DNA of 63,193 nt, filler included, from Chiloscyllium plagiosum (lineage: Eukaryota), in the NCBI RefSeq assembly GCF_004010195.1. It is 4 parts of one record of this genome, joined end to end, with 100 filler letters (N's around TTAATTAATTAA, not from the genome) between each part and the next. Parts side by side here need not be neighbours in the genome. Positions count along the whole stretch, not along the records: positions 38,149 to 52,447 come from NC_057713.1; positions 52,548 to 63,193 come from NC_057713.1; 2 more parts are not named here. One strand, written 5' to 3'. Positions 50,720-63,193 of the stretch are shown one piece after another (within the stretch, counting starts at the first letter, position 1; each line of letters opens with the position of its first letter). The position numbers and the translations under genes are program-made. Under the pieces are notes generated by a model. It made no database searches and was not told where the DNA came from. It saw only the letters and a list, made by a program, of their open reading frames with translations.

Positions 50720-51548
50720 GTCAAGAACAAGTCAGCACAGTTTTACAGTGAAAGGCAGGAGGTTTAAAGGGGATTTGATGAAAATCCTTTACACCCAGAG
50801 GGTGGTGGGGGTCTGGAAGGCACTGCAATGCACATATGGGAAACCCCTCAACCTTTAAAAAGTACTTGGATGAGCACCTGAAGTGTCATAATATTCAAGG
50901 AAATGGACCTGATGCGGGAAAGTGGGACGAGTATAGGTAGCAGTACATTTTTGACAGTACAGACCCATGGGCCGAACAGCATCTTCCGGAAGTATGATTC
51001 TACAAATTACTTGATAATACAAAGCAAATCAAATTGTTTGAAATCCATGATATTAGAGATGTCAGGAGGTGGCTTAGATGGATCATCATCTCAGCACTTC
51101 TGACTGAAGATGCATACAAATGCATTAACCTTGCGTTTTACACAGATATTCAGGTTTTCTGCATCATCGAAGATGGAGGAAAAAAAATCAAAACAATGGC
51201 ACTTTAAAAGGGAGGGAGAAAGACAAAGACAGAAAGCACATGGTCAGCCAGGGAGAGAGAGAAAGAAACAAACACTGCAATCTGACACAGCAACGAATCT
51301 GCATAGTTACAGCCTTTGCTGCTGAATTCAAATATCTCTGGATGGAATGAGCTGCCAGAGAAAATGGTGGAGGCTGGTACAATTGCAGCATTTAAGAGGC
51401 ATCTGGATGGATATATTAACAGGAGGGTTTAGAGGGATATGGGCCAAGTACTGGCAAATGGGACTAGATTAGGTTAGGATATCTGGTCAGCATGGACAAG
51501 TTGGACCGAAGGGTCTGTTTCCGTGCTGTACGTCTCCATGACCCTCTG
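50720..51548 (+). mobile_element. Two CR1 3' fragments (~50720-51000 and ~51335-51548)
   Basis: YTQRVVGVWKAL; ggaatgagctgccagag...gggtctgtttcc. Confidence 0.8.
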
Positions 51549-52157
51549 AGGACATTTCTGAACCTTCTACTTCCCTTATCTGCTTAATTAACCATCACCA
51601 TTCTCAGGTGGATGTGGCAAGGATATGAAGAGAGTGCATAATGGTAGTATTGAGATGCAAGATCAACTATACTATTGTTGAATAATGGACCAGATTCAGA
51701 GTCAAATTACTTAGTCTGGCTCCTATCCAAAACCTCCTGGCTTTGGAACTGAAGGCTTATGCAGCAGAAAAAGCCAAGCCTCTGACCAAGTTGCTAGCAC
51801 AAGTTCAACACTGGCATCCACACAGAAATTGTCCAGTTAATTCTTGTCAACAAGAAACAGAACAAATACCATCTGGCCAATTTTTGGCCCATTCATCACT
51901 CATTCATCAGCACAGTAATAGAAAGTGCTGTTGCAAGTAGTATTTATTGAACAATAGCAAGCTCACCAATATAGGTCAAATCCAACTTCGTCAATTGTTG
52001 CCTCATCAGTCTATTTTCAATCATTAAAATGATGGAAGGGGTTGCCAACAATGCTATCACATGGCAATTCCTCAGCAGCTCACTGACACTCAGTCTGGGA
52101 TCTACTAGAGCCACTCCTCTCCTGACTTCATTACAGCCACGATCCAAACACTGCAGT

Positions 52158-52820
52158 CATTGTTTTTACCTAGTTGATTTTAACCCTACTGCGAATCCTC
52201 TTGCAAGGATGCCTGCCTTGAAGAAGTTTTCCTCCTCTCTCTACAAGAATCTCAGGGAGTCCCTCTCCCACTGCAACTCCCAGGTCATTTCCATGCTACT
52301 TTCTCCCCACCCCCACCCTCCTCTAGCTTATCTCTCCACGCTTCAGGCTCTCTGCCTTTATTCCTGATGAAGGGCTTTTGCCCGAAACGTCGATTTTGCC
52401 TGTCCCCGGATGCTGCCTGAATTGCTGTGCTCTTCCAGCACCACTAANNNNNNNNNNNNNNNNNNNNNNNNNNNNNNNNNNNNNNNNNNNNTTAATTAAT
52501 TAANNNNNNNNNNNNNNNNNNNNNNNNNNNNNNNNNNNNNNNNNNNNTCTTCCTGACCTCTCCGCCCCCACCCCACTCCAGCCTATCACCCTTACCTTGC
52601 CCTCCTTCCACCTATTGCATTTCCAACGCCCCTCCCCCAAGTCCCTCCTCCCTCCCTTTTATCTTCGCCTGCTGGACACACTCTCCTCATTCCTGAAGAA
52701 GGGCTTATGCCCGAAACGTCGATTCTCCTGCTCCTTGGATGCTGCCTGACCTGCTGCGCTTTTCCAGCAACACATTTTCAGCTCTGATCTCCAGCATCTG
52801 CAGTCCTCACTTTCTCCTCT
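52158..52820 (+). mobile_element. PLE family A pieces (probable ORF start plus two terminal repeats) across a gap
   Basis: Terminal repeats match 905-1050 and 16889-17105. Confidence 0.8.
52363..52393 (+). ncRNA. Minimal hammerhead ribozyme motif (canonical CUGAUGA core)
   Basis: cCTGATGAagggc-tttt-gcccGAAAcGTCga; a second intact copy lies at 52692-52722. Confidence 0.75.
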
Positions 52821-52959
52821 AATGGTTGAAGAGGCCAATCTTTGACAGCAAAATTCTGCTAAGATTGTGTCACATGAGGCCACCAAAGTCATTGTGTGTT
52901 TTTCTTTTGGCTGTTGGCTCTGTTTCCAAGCTGCAATGGCCACAGGTCATTCTGGTGAT

Positions 52960-53280
52960 AACACACAAGCTCTCAGGAGTAGTCACTGTTGTCCTTTGTC
53001 ATTAACCAATGGCTCTCTGGTGTAATAATCAAACTTTAGGGACTTCCAAGCATCAGTCCGAGCTTCAGGTGCCATAACCTCGCTAACCTCTACCATACAG
53101 AAAATCTTTGGGTACACAACCATCTTCCATCCTGCAGACATGCTCAAACCAAGAAAATTGCTTCTGCTTGTACAGTGCAAACAAGCTTGGGACCTCTGTT
53201 TTTGGAAGTAGCAATGCATTCCTTATTTTGTCCTGCCAGGATAAACCCTTAAGGTCCTGCAGACAATTGAGCATAGTAGA
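52960..53280 (-). mobile_element. RTE-clade LINE 3' fragment
   Basis: LSWQDKIRN...PSL...WFEHVCRMEDGCVPKDFLYG. Confidence 0.75.
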
Positions 53281-53577
53281 TGCATGAATGATAATTTAAA
53301 TGTCTTTTTTTAACTATACTTCACCATGGCTGCATTTGATTGAAATCAATACCATCAATGAACTTGCCATTAACTACCACATATCGTCTCAAGAGCTTCA
53401 TATTGGATTTGGGCACTTTCTCCTTTATCTTTTATTCTTTCCATACATTTATTTATAGTTCTCCTGATGTCCCACATGGTACTGAGAGAGCCGATAGGAA
53501 ATTGGAAGTGATGGAAAAATTAGAACTTTAATGTTGACAGTAGCCATAGAAACACAGAACTTTACAATATAGGGAAA

Positions 53578-53633
53578 GGTGTGTGTGTGTGTGGTGGGTG
53601 TGTGAGGGTGGGAGAGTGTGTGTGTGTGTTTGT
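53578..53633. repeat. Interrupted (GT)n microsatellite
   Basis: Direct inspection. Confidence 0.9.
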
Positions 53634-54171
53634 GCCATGTATTTCGCTTGTTTCAAATATTTCTCCAAATCTGTTCTCAGTCGATTCAACTGTCTCTATC
53701 AGGAATCAGATCAGTCTCAGATTTGAAGTTAACAATTGATTAAACATCAATTGGCATTTGTCGGAGAGAATTTCAAACCTTTCCTGAATGCTTGTATAAG
53801 GAAGGATTTCCTAATTTCATTCCTGAAAGGCCATGCTCTTTCGACTATACTCCCGGTTCCAGATTCCCCAAATAATTTCTCCCAATCTACCCTATCTACT
53901 CCACATCATATTTTGAAAACTTTAAACAAACCATTCTTTAATTATCTAAATTCCCTGGAATAGAGCTTTAGATTGTGTAGTCTCTTGGGTTAAACCTGAG
54001 AGTTCTGGAAATTGGTAAACAATGGGATAAGTAGCAATCACGACAATTTATTTACTGCAGCCTTCAGTTAATACAGCAGCCAATGTCCTTACTGGAGAGC
54101 AACAAAAGACATCTAGACTGGTTAATTACATAAGTCTAGTTCAATAAACATCAGCCAATAAACTAGGCATA

Positions 54172-55556
54172 AGTGAGGACTGCAGATGCTGGAGATCAGA
54201 ATGGTGCTGGAAAAGCACAGCAGGTCAGGCAGCATCTGAGGAGCAGGAAAATCGAGGTTTCGGGCAAAAGCCCTTCATTCCTGATGATTTTCAAAGTCTG
54301 TGAGAAGATTTGTAGCTCGGGTGTTCGTTGTTGTGGTTCTGTTCGCCGAGCTGGGAATTTGTGTTGCAGATGTTTCGTGTTTCCCAAACACATCCTCAGT
54401 GTTTGGGAGCCTCCTGTGAAGCGCTTCTGTGATCTTTCCACCAGCATTTGTAGTGGTTTGAATCTGCCACTTCCGGTTGTCAGTTTCAGCTGTCTGCTGC
54501 AGTGGTCGATATATTGGGTCCAGGTCGACGTGCTTATTGATTGAATCTGTGGATGAGTGCCATGCCTCTAGGAATTCCCTGGCTGTTCTCTGTTTGGCTT
54601 GTCCTATAATAGTAGTGTTGTCCCAGTTGAATTCATGTTGCTTGTCATCTGCGTGTGTGGCTACTAAGGATAGCTGGTCGTGTCGTTTTGTGGCTAGTTG
54701 GTGTTCATGGATGCGGATCTTTAGCTGTCTTCCTGTTTGTCCTATGTAGTGTTTTGTGTAGTCCTTGCATGGGATCTTGTACACTACATTGGTTTTGCTC
54801 ATGCTGGGTATTGGGTCCTTTGTCCTGGTGAGTTGTGGTCTGAGAGTGGCTGTTGGTTTGTGCGCTGTTATGAGTCCTAGTGATCGCTGTAGTCTGGCTG
54901 TCAGTTCAGAAATGTTTTTGATGTATGGTAGTGTGGCTAGTCCATTGGGTTGGTGTTCAACCTGGTAAAGTGGATGAACAGTTCATCCACTTTACCAACA
55001 CCTTCCACCCCGACCTCAAATTCACCTGGACCGTCTCAGACTCCTCCCTCCCCTTCCTAGACCTTTCCATTTCTAACTCGGGCGACCGAATCGACACCGA
55101 CATTTACTATAAACCGACCGACTCCCACAGCTACCTAGACTACACCTCCTCCCACCCTGCCCCTGTAAAAACGCCATCCCATATTCCCAATTCCTTCGTC
55201 TACTCCGCATCTGCTCCCAGGAGGACCAGTTCCAATACCGTACAACCCAGATGGCATCCTTCTTCAAAAGACCGCAAATTCCCCCCAGACATGGTCGACG
55301 ATGCCCTCCACCGCATCTCCTCCACTTCCCGCTCCTCTGCCCTTGAGCCCCGCCCCTCCAACCGCCACCAGGACAGAACCCCACTGGTCCTCACCTACCA
55401 CCCTACCAACCTCCATATACAGCGTATCATCCGCCGTCATTTCTGCCACCTCCAAACGGACCCCACCACCACCAGTGATATGCCCGAAACGTCGATTCTC
55501 CTGTTCCTTGGATGCTGCCTGACCTGCTGTGCTTTTCCAGCAACACATTTTCAGCT
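54172..55556. mobile_element. Composite PLE: family A terminal repeat (-), family B GIY-YIG (-), family A RT piece (+), family A terminal repeat (+)
   Basis: NVVYKIPC...YIGQTGRQL (54275-54802, -); LPFLDL...DIYYKPTDSHSYL (54960-55470, +). Confidence 0.88.
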
Positions 55557-55940
55557 CTTCAACCATTACACAGGGGCGCCATATGAAATGTTGGGAATAC
55601 ATATATAGACTAGGAGAAGCTGCACAAGGATCTTCTGGATATTTCTGAGTTGAGGATGCTTAATCATGTGATCTCTTGGAAATGAAAAGACAGAAGATCA
55701 AAGAGAACCATGGATTATCAGCTACCGAAGCGATTATTTTAGGAGAAAGAGTCTTTAACAAGAGATAGAAGATGGTTTTATGGCTTAATTGCTGGAAAAG
55801 TGAAGTTGAGGAAGCCTAGTATTTGTACTGTTCATTACCTAGAAACAGCCTCTGGGGTCAAAGTGCTTTGTGATTTTGCAGATCTGAGATGTGAATTGTT
55901 GAAGAAACTTGCAGCAGAAAATAGTTCTTTCTTGGTCATG

Positions 55941-56170
55941 GTGTGGAGGTGTCGATGTTGGACTGGGGCGGATATAGTCAAAAATCACATGACACCAGGT
56001 TATAATCCAACAGGTTTATTTGGAAGTGCAAGCTTTTGGAGGCCTGCTCCTTCCTCAGGTAACTAGTATTGTCTCTCACTAGCAGTCTAAGGAAAGAGCA
56101 GGGCTCCAAAAGCCTGTGATTTCAAATGAACCTGTTGGATTATAACCTGGTCTCATGTGAATTTTGACTT
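55941..56170. mobile_element. Fold-back PLE-derived element (family C)
   Basis: ccaggttataatccaacaggtt versus aacctgttggattataacctgg; same 5' leader as 25681. Confidence 0.8.
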
Positions 56171-57797
56171 TCTCAGCCAATAAAAGACAGACCCTAAACC
56201 AAAAACCAGCAGCTCTCTCTCGCTCTCGCTCTCACTCTCACTCGGAAGTATCTGTGAAACGTTAGAATGTTGAAATATTCATGTTCCGAACTGTTTTTCA
56301 TCTGTCTGAAATCAGTTCTGTTGAGCTTCCATCATTATGTGAACTGTCATCAATTGGATCTCATTGACAGCAAGTAAAAGAGAACTGTGAGAAATCAAAC
56401 TATTCTATCTTCTAAATTCATAACCTTGGCCTACAGGGGTGTTGTTCCATTCTATGTTTGATTATTTTTTTTACCCATTATATTTCTGCAGAGCTGTGTT
56501 GTCTTGTCTTCTCTGGTATGAATGTTTGTGTTTGGGATTGGGGGATAAAGTTTAATTCAGCATAACATTTTAGCTGATGACCAGTTTTGTCACTTGTTTA
56601 AAGGATGAGTTTGTTAGAACAAATTACTTTTTTATTTATTGAAGAAATAAACTTGAAGGAACCCAGTGAAAATCTCTTTTATTCTAGACAAATTGATTAT
56701 TTTAGTAAATAAGTAAGACAATTATACCTTTAGTATAGGTTATGGAGTGGTGAGATATTTATGCAGCACATTTAAGAATCCTAAAATTTCACATAGACAT
56801 GAAAGAAAAACAAAGAAGGACATATTGCAAGAGTTGACAAAATGTTTGGTCAAATGATGGGCTCGAATGACTGTAAGGAGGAAGTTAAAGTAAAAATATT
56901 TAGCTAGCTGAAGCCGAGCTTATCACAAGTGAGATGAAAGAAGGGAAGATTCAGCGGAATAAAGATTTCCATCTAGGAAAGGGCTGATTTTGATCTGAAA
57001 GTGCTGGAAGCCTGGAAGGTTGGGAATATGGAAAATGTCAGTCAGACAGCAGAGGGTTGGTGGAGTAGGCTATGGGAACTAAACTGGAACAGCAGGAGAG
57101 AGAGAGGGGATGGTGAGGTATAAAGGAGGAGGTGGTTCCAATATTGATCAAGGAGTCAATTACTGCAACAAGGGAGGGTGATGTCTTAAACCGTTCCTGA
57201 AATGAGACCATGTGGGTAGAATTTAAAGGTGACACTCCCACTGCTGGGAGCATATTATCGACCTCCAGTCAGTCTGGGCAAGATCGAAGGACAATTGTCG
57301 GGAAATCTCAGCGAAGTGTAAGAGTAATGGGGTAATAATAGTTTGAGATTTCAACTTTCCCAGAATTAATTGGATAGATCGAATGTGAATGGCTTAGAGC
57401 AGATAAAATTCTTAAAATTTGTCCAGGAGAGCTTTTTAAATCAACACGTGGAAAGTCCTACACAAGATGGGGTGGTTCGGAGTCTGATTTTAGGGAATGA
57501 AGCCAGGTAAGTCATTAAAGTGTCATTTGAGAACATTTGGTGATAGTGAACATAGCTGAATGGGATTTAAGGTAAATGTGGAAACAAACAACGATGGACT
57601 GGAAGTAAAAGTTCTGAATTGGAGAAAAACCAAGTTTAATATAAGACAGGATCTGTCCAAAGTGGACTAGGAGCAACTACTTGATGGAAAATGTACAACA
57701 GAGCAATGGGAGTCACTCAAGTGAAAGAGTCGGAATGCAGGGCCAACATATTCCTGCAAAATGAAGTCCAGAGAACACCAAATGTTAAGGGATGCAA

Positions 57798-58120
57798 GGT
57801 CAGCATGATGGCTCAGTGGTTAGCACTGCTGCCTCACAGTGGCACTGGCTCAGCTTCAATTCCAGCCTCAGGTGACTGTCTGTCTGTGGGGAGTTTGCAC
57901 ATTCTCCCCGTGTCTGTGTCGTTTCCTCCCACGATCCAAAGATGTGCGGATTAGGTGAATTTGCCATGCTAAGTTGCCCTTAGTGTTCAGGGATGTGTAG
58001 GTTTGGGGTAAATGTAGAGAATTAGGTTCAGGGAATGGCCTGAGTGGGTTATCCTTTAAGGGTCAGTGTGGACTTGTTGGGCCCAAGGGCCCATTTCCAC
58101 ACTGTAGGGATTCTATGATT
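57798..58120 (+). mobile_element. HE1-like tRNA SINE
   Basis: A-box tggctcagtgg head; tail ggacttgttgggcc...ccacactgtaggga. Confidence 0.88.
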
Positions 58121-58959
58121 GGATTAGAAAAGAAAATGAATACTCATGACATATACTTTGGTCTGAAACCGATGGAAGCCCTGGAAGAATATAGGAAATG
58201 CAGGATGTTGCTTTCAAAGAAAATTAGGAGAGTGTATGGGGTCATGCAAAAAAAGACTGGAAGGTAGGATAAGGGAAAATTTAAAGGTGTCATATCAGTA
58301 TAAAGGGGCAAGAAGATAACCAGGGAGAAACTTGTGCCCACATTAAGGACCAAAGTGGCAATTAGATGAAATTTTAAATGAATACCTTGATCTACATTCA
58401 ATATCGAGAAGGACAATGTAAGTATAGAAATCAAGTTTGGAGGTGCTGATATGTTTGAACAAATGAGTATTGAGAGGGAGGAGGTATTATCAGTTTTAGC
58501 TGGTTTAACAGTGGATAAATCCCCAGGCACAGGTGAGGTGTATCCTAGGCTGCTGTGGGAGGCAAGGGCAGAGATTGCAGGGGCCCTGACGTTGATTTTC
58601 AAATCCTTTCTGGCCACAGAAGCAGAGCCAGATGACTTGAGGACTGTTAATGTGGTACCAATATTAAAGAAATTTGGCAGGGTTAAATAAGTCACTCAGG
58701 CCACTGACTCTAACATCAATATTACAGAAACTCTGGAGGCAAGCATTAATTAAGGATAGTAAGCGTGGCTTTGTCAAGGAGAGATCATATCTGACAAACT
58801 TGATTGAATTTTTCATGGAGGTGACTAAGTGTGTATATGAGGGTGGTATACTTGATGCAGTGTATATGGACTTCAAGAAGCCTATGGACAAGGTCTTACA
58901 TGGAAAACTGGTCATGAAGGTAAGACCCCATGGGATTCAGGGCAATTTTGCAAATTAGC

Positions 58960-59266
58960 TTAGATAAGATTAGATTCCCTACAGTGTGGAAACAGGCCCT
59001 TCAGCCCAACCAGTCCACATCGACCCTCCGAAGAGTAACCCACCCAGATCCATTTCCCTCTGACTAATGCACTTAACACTATGGGCAATTTAGCATGACC
59101 AATTCACCTGCCCTGCACATCTTTGGACTGTGGGAGGAAACCGGAGCACCCGGAGGAAACCCATGCAGACACGGGGAGAATGTGCAAACTCCACACAGTC
59201 ACCCAAGGCTGGAATCAAACCTGGGACCCTGGTGCTGTGAGGCAGCAGTGCTAACCACTGAGCCAC
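58960..59266 (-). mobile_element. HE1-like tRNA SINE
   Basis: Full head (tggctcagtggttagcactgctgcctcacagc on -) and CR1-like tail. Confidence 0.9.
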
Positions 59267-59715
59267 AAATAGGACTTAAAATTGGCTTCATGACAAGAGG
59301 CAAACGGTGATGGTCGAAGGTTGTTTATGTGGCTGGAAGCCTGTGTCCAGTGACGTACTGCAGGGTTCAGTGCTGAGTCTCTTGCTGTTTATGGTTAATA
59401 AGTTAGAATATAGAATATAGATCACTAAAGTGGCAGATGCAGCAAGGAGTGAAGAGTAAAGTCTTTGACCACAGGACAATAGATGGGCTGCTTAGAGAGG
59501 CAGAACAGGTGGCAAATGGAATTTAATTCTGCAAAATGTGAGATGGAGAATTTTGGAAGGACTAACAAGGCAAGGGAGCGCACAATGAATGTTAGGAACA
59601 TAGGAAGTACTGAGGATCAGAGGAATCTTAGGGTGCATGTTGATAAATGCTTGAGAGAAGCAGGACGGATGGATACAGTGGTAAAGAAGATAAATGGGGT
59701 ACTTGACTTCATTAG

Positions 59716-60169
59716 GAGAAAGTGAGGACTGCAGATGCTGGAGATCAGAGCTGAAAATGTGTTGCTGGAAAAGCGCAGCAGGTCAGGTAGCATCCAAGGA
59801 GCAGGCGAATCGACGTTTCGGGCATGAGCCCATCTTCAGGAATGAGGANNNNNNNNNNNNNNNNNNNNNNNNNNNNNNNNNNNNNNNNNNNNNNNNNNNN
59901 NNNNNNNNNNNNNNNNNNNNNNNNNNNNNNNNNNNNNNNNNNNNNNNNNNNNNNNNNNNNNNNNNNNNGGGGTGGTTGGGTTGGTTGGTCCGGATGTCCC
60001 AGAGGTTGTCCCAGAGGTCCTCCCCCCCAACTCCCTCCTCCTACCTTTTATCTTAGCCTGCTTGGCACACTTTCCTCATTCCTGAAGAAGGGCTCATGCC
60101 CGAAACGTCAATTCTCCTGCTCCTTGGATGCTGCCTGACCTGCTGCGCTTTTCCAGAAACACATTTTCA
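59716..60169. mobile_element. PLE family A insertion with inverted terminal repeats and 17-bp TSD, spans a gap
   Basis: gtacttgacttcattag at 59699-59715 and 60170-60186; intact HHRs at 59810-59841 (-) and 60081-60110 (+). Confidence 0.9.
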
Positions 60170-62264
60170 GTACTTGACTTCATTAGTCAATGCATTGGAT
60201 ACAAGAGGAGTTTGAGTGCATCGGCAAGGAGGTTAAGATGGAGCATTAGTTAGACCACAACTGGAATACTGTTGTACTGCAGTTCAAGTTGCCGCACCAG
60301 AGGAAAGTTGTGATTGTATTGGACAGGTTGCAGAGGACAGTCTCCAGGATGTTGACTGGGCTGGAGCATTTCAGCTGTGAAGGAAGGTTGGCTGGTGTTG
60401 TTTTCCTCAGAGCAGAGGAGGATGATATTGGGGGTAGGATGTACACAATAAGGAGGAGTGCAGATAAACTTTTCCCTTTAGTAGAGGGGGCATAGATTTA
60501 AGGTAAAGGGCAGGGGAATTAGAGGCGATTAGTGGAATTTTATTTCACTCAGAGGATGATGGATATCTGGACCTCACCGCTTGTAAAGGTGGTGGAGGTG
60601 GGAACCCTTACAGTGTTTAAGAAGCAGAATACCAATAGTTAACAAGGTAATGACCAGGTGCTGGGAAGTGGGAGCAGAATGGATAGGTACTCAATGATTA
60701 TGTTAACACAATGGGCCTAAGGGCCTCTTTCCGTTCTGTAAAACTCTTCGACTTTGTATACGGGAAAGTGAATTTTAGTTGAGCGGAAACTGACAGGATG
60801 AAAAGAGACCGGTTTCACGTTGGAGCAACTCAGTCTGAAAGTGAATATACAGTGTCAGGGAGTTTGGCAGGAGATGAGCTGAGGGAGAGCCAGAGATGAG
60901 TGATGTTACAGACTTGTAGGTGGGTGGTCTTTGTGATAGAGTGGATATCAAGTTGAAGAGTCAACTTTGAGTTGAATTAGATGACAAGGTTCTGACAGAT
61001 TACTGAAATTGAAAACTCAAACAAAATGCTGGAGGATCTACTGTATTCCTGGGTGATAATGTGTGAAAATGATTCTTTCTGAATGGAATGCAGGAATTTG
61101 TTACTGCTAATGTAACAGCAAAACAGTTTATCATCAGTGTTGTGAACATTTGCTGGCAGTGGCCTAGTAGAAACCTACAGCATAGAAGTAGGACATTTCA
61201 TCCATTGCACCAATGTATGGCTCCTTGAAAGTCTTAGCAAATTAGTCCCACTCTCCTGGCAATTTCCCTATTACCCTGAATTTTTTTTTCCTTATCAAGA
61301 ATCTATCCAATTCCCTTTTGATGGCTACTACAGAATTGTTTTTCACTGCCCCTTTCAGGCAGCACATTCACAATCATAACCACTCACACTATCAAAATAA
61401 TTCCTATCATCTCCCCCTTTTTTCTTTTGTCAATTATCTTAAATCAACGCCCTTTTTCATATTTCCTTTTCAGGGTTAAATTGTTGTGTTTTTCTCCCAG
61501 GTTCCTGTTGCTGTTTTGGAAGCATTTGATCAACGTTTGCTAGTTTTCTAAGTTGGTCCATCTGCATGCTGCATTGGTAACTATTAAGTAGGGCTGCATG
61601 TGTTAGTCACCAACGATATTTTTAAAAAGCTGACTGGTATTTGAAGCAAGAAATGAAAGTGAAAGAAATGAAAATGAAAGTTGACGGGAATATATTTCTA
61701 CTGTTGTGAAATTGCAGAGAATTGCGAATGGTGCTATAATCATTCCAAAGTTTTGGTGTTAGCTTTCTAGGTGATTCATATGTGCTTTTGCATTCAAGGG
61801 GCGATCATTCCCAGCTAAGTGAAATTATCTGATAAGCAGGAAGTGGAAGGAGACCAGAAGTTGATTCTCAATGGGTTGTACCCGTGGTCTGATCGTTGTT
61901 GTTAAGTTTTGTCCTCACAGTCAGACTGCCTTTTGCTAATGACCTCTCTTTAAAACAGCACCAGCCCAATATTGACTTGGTTACTTCAAGATGTCCTGGC
62001 TCGCACTCAAGTTTAAATCATTCAGTGATAAATTGCTACAAATCAGGATCACTACAACATACTTTATATAAATCTCATTCAATTAACCACGAAGGATTCT
62101 TTTATGTTAGATAATTGCCTGAAATAAAGATCCAGGCTTCCCAGTCTCCACATTAAATCCTAGAGGACCATAGGGTTACTCTCTCATTAGCGAGATGCAA
62201 CTGGTGTAGGTTTAAACTGAGGGTAACCACTCATCTAGCTAACTGACTCCATATCACTGGATAA

Positions 62265-62563
62265 TAGATTAGATTTGATAGATTAGATTCCCTACAGTGT
62301 GGAAACAGGCCCTTCGGCCCAACAAGTCCACACCGACCCTCCGAAGAGCAACCCAGTGCCCAACCCCCCCCCGACTAATGCACCTAACACTGTGGACAAT
62401 TTAGCGTGGTCAATTCACCTGACCTGCACATCTTTGGATTGTGCGAGGAAACCCACACAGATACGGGGAGAATGTGTAAAATCCACACAGACAGTTGCCC
62501 AAGGCTGGAATTGAACCTGGGTCCCTGGCGCTGTGAGGCAGCAGTGCTAACCACTGAGCCACC
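62265..62563 (-). mobile_element. HE1-like tRNA SINE
   Basis: Same family as 58960-59266. Confidence 0.9.
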
Positions 62564-62664
62564 ATACTACTTTATAGAAAACTGGATGTAGAATGGGGCC
62601 CCGTGGAAATCTCAACATGCTGTTGGAGTTGCCTGGGCAGTTTCAACTTTCACTTAGCAATTTC

Positions 62665-63035
62665 TTTCCCCAGGAGCCTTGGGAGAAGATTTGGCCACAG
62701 AGCCTTCTGAGAGCTAGAGTCATAGAGATGTACAGCATGGAAGCAGACCCTTCGGTCCAACCCGACCATCTCACTCACCTATTTCCCCAGGAGCCTTGGG
62801 AGAAGATTTGGCCACAGAGCCTTCTGAGAGCTAGAATCATAGAGTCATAGAGATGTACAGCATGGAAGCAGACCCTTCGGTCCAACCCGACCATCTCACT
62901 CACCTACCGCCCTCACTCACCTACCGCCCTCACTCACCTACCGCCCTCACTCACCTACCGCCCTCACTCACCTACTGCCCTCACTCACCTACTGCCCTCA
63001 CCTACCTACCACCCTCCACTCACCTACTACCCTCA
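62665..63035. repeat. ~117-bp tandem duplication followed by a 17-bp minisatellite (cacctaccgccctcact, ~7-8 copies) leading into PLE sequence
   Basis: Copies start at 62665 and 62782; 17-mer units start at 62901, 62918, 62935 and onward. Confidence 0.9.
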
Positions 63036-63193
63036 TTTCCCCTCCCCCCACCTTGTCTCAGTCAAATCCCTCGAACTCAGCACCGCCTTCCTAACCTGCA
63101 ATCACCTTCCTGACCTCTCCGCCCCCACGCCACTCCGGCCTATCACCCTCACCTTGACCTCCCTCCACCTATCGCATTTCCAAAGCCCCTCCC

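Larger units (their letters stand above)
57030..60755 (+). mobile_element. Old CR1 ORF2 (APE to 3' end) with three nested insertions
   Basis: DKSPGTGEVYPRLL, LTNLIEFF, YMDFKK, WQMEFNSAKC. Confidence 0.85.

Noticed and set aside
55600..56760. Possible solo LTR
   Set aside because: Could not define TG...CA ends or a TSD

Overview
Repeat-dense vertebrate genomic DNA, almost certainly from a shark or other elasmobranch (HE1-type tRNA SINEs, matching CR1/HER1-like LINE tails, a DeuSINE). Most of the window is nested retroelements: CR1-clade LINEs (two near full length, with zinc-finger plus SGNH-esterase ORF1 and APE-RT ORF2, all disrupted), Penelope-like elements (PLEs) and PLE-derived fragments of about three families whose terminal repeats carry minimal hammerhead-ribozyme (HHR) motifs, and Rex/Babar and RTE fragments. 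There is also one Tigger/pogo-like MITE and a tRNA-Met(CAT) pseudogene. Most long ORFs in the track are TE-derived or antisense. Unique sequence holds two plus-strand candidate exons (4557-5211, helical peptide) and a phase-consistent chain of minus-strand candidate exons (42.3 kb to 20.0 kb) interrupted only by an in-frame UGA at the start of a 46-nt micro-exon. I could not identify either gene, and both need transcript or homology support. There are five assembly gaps, three with an artificial TTAATTAATTAA linker. TE boundaries are approximate.
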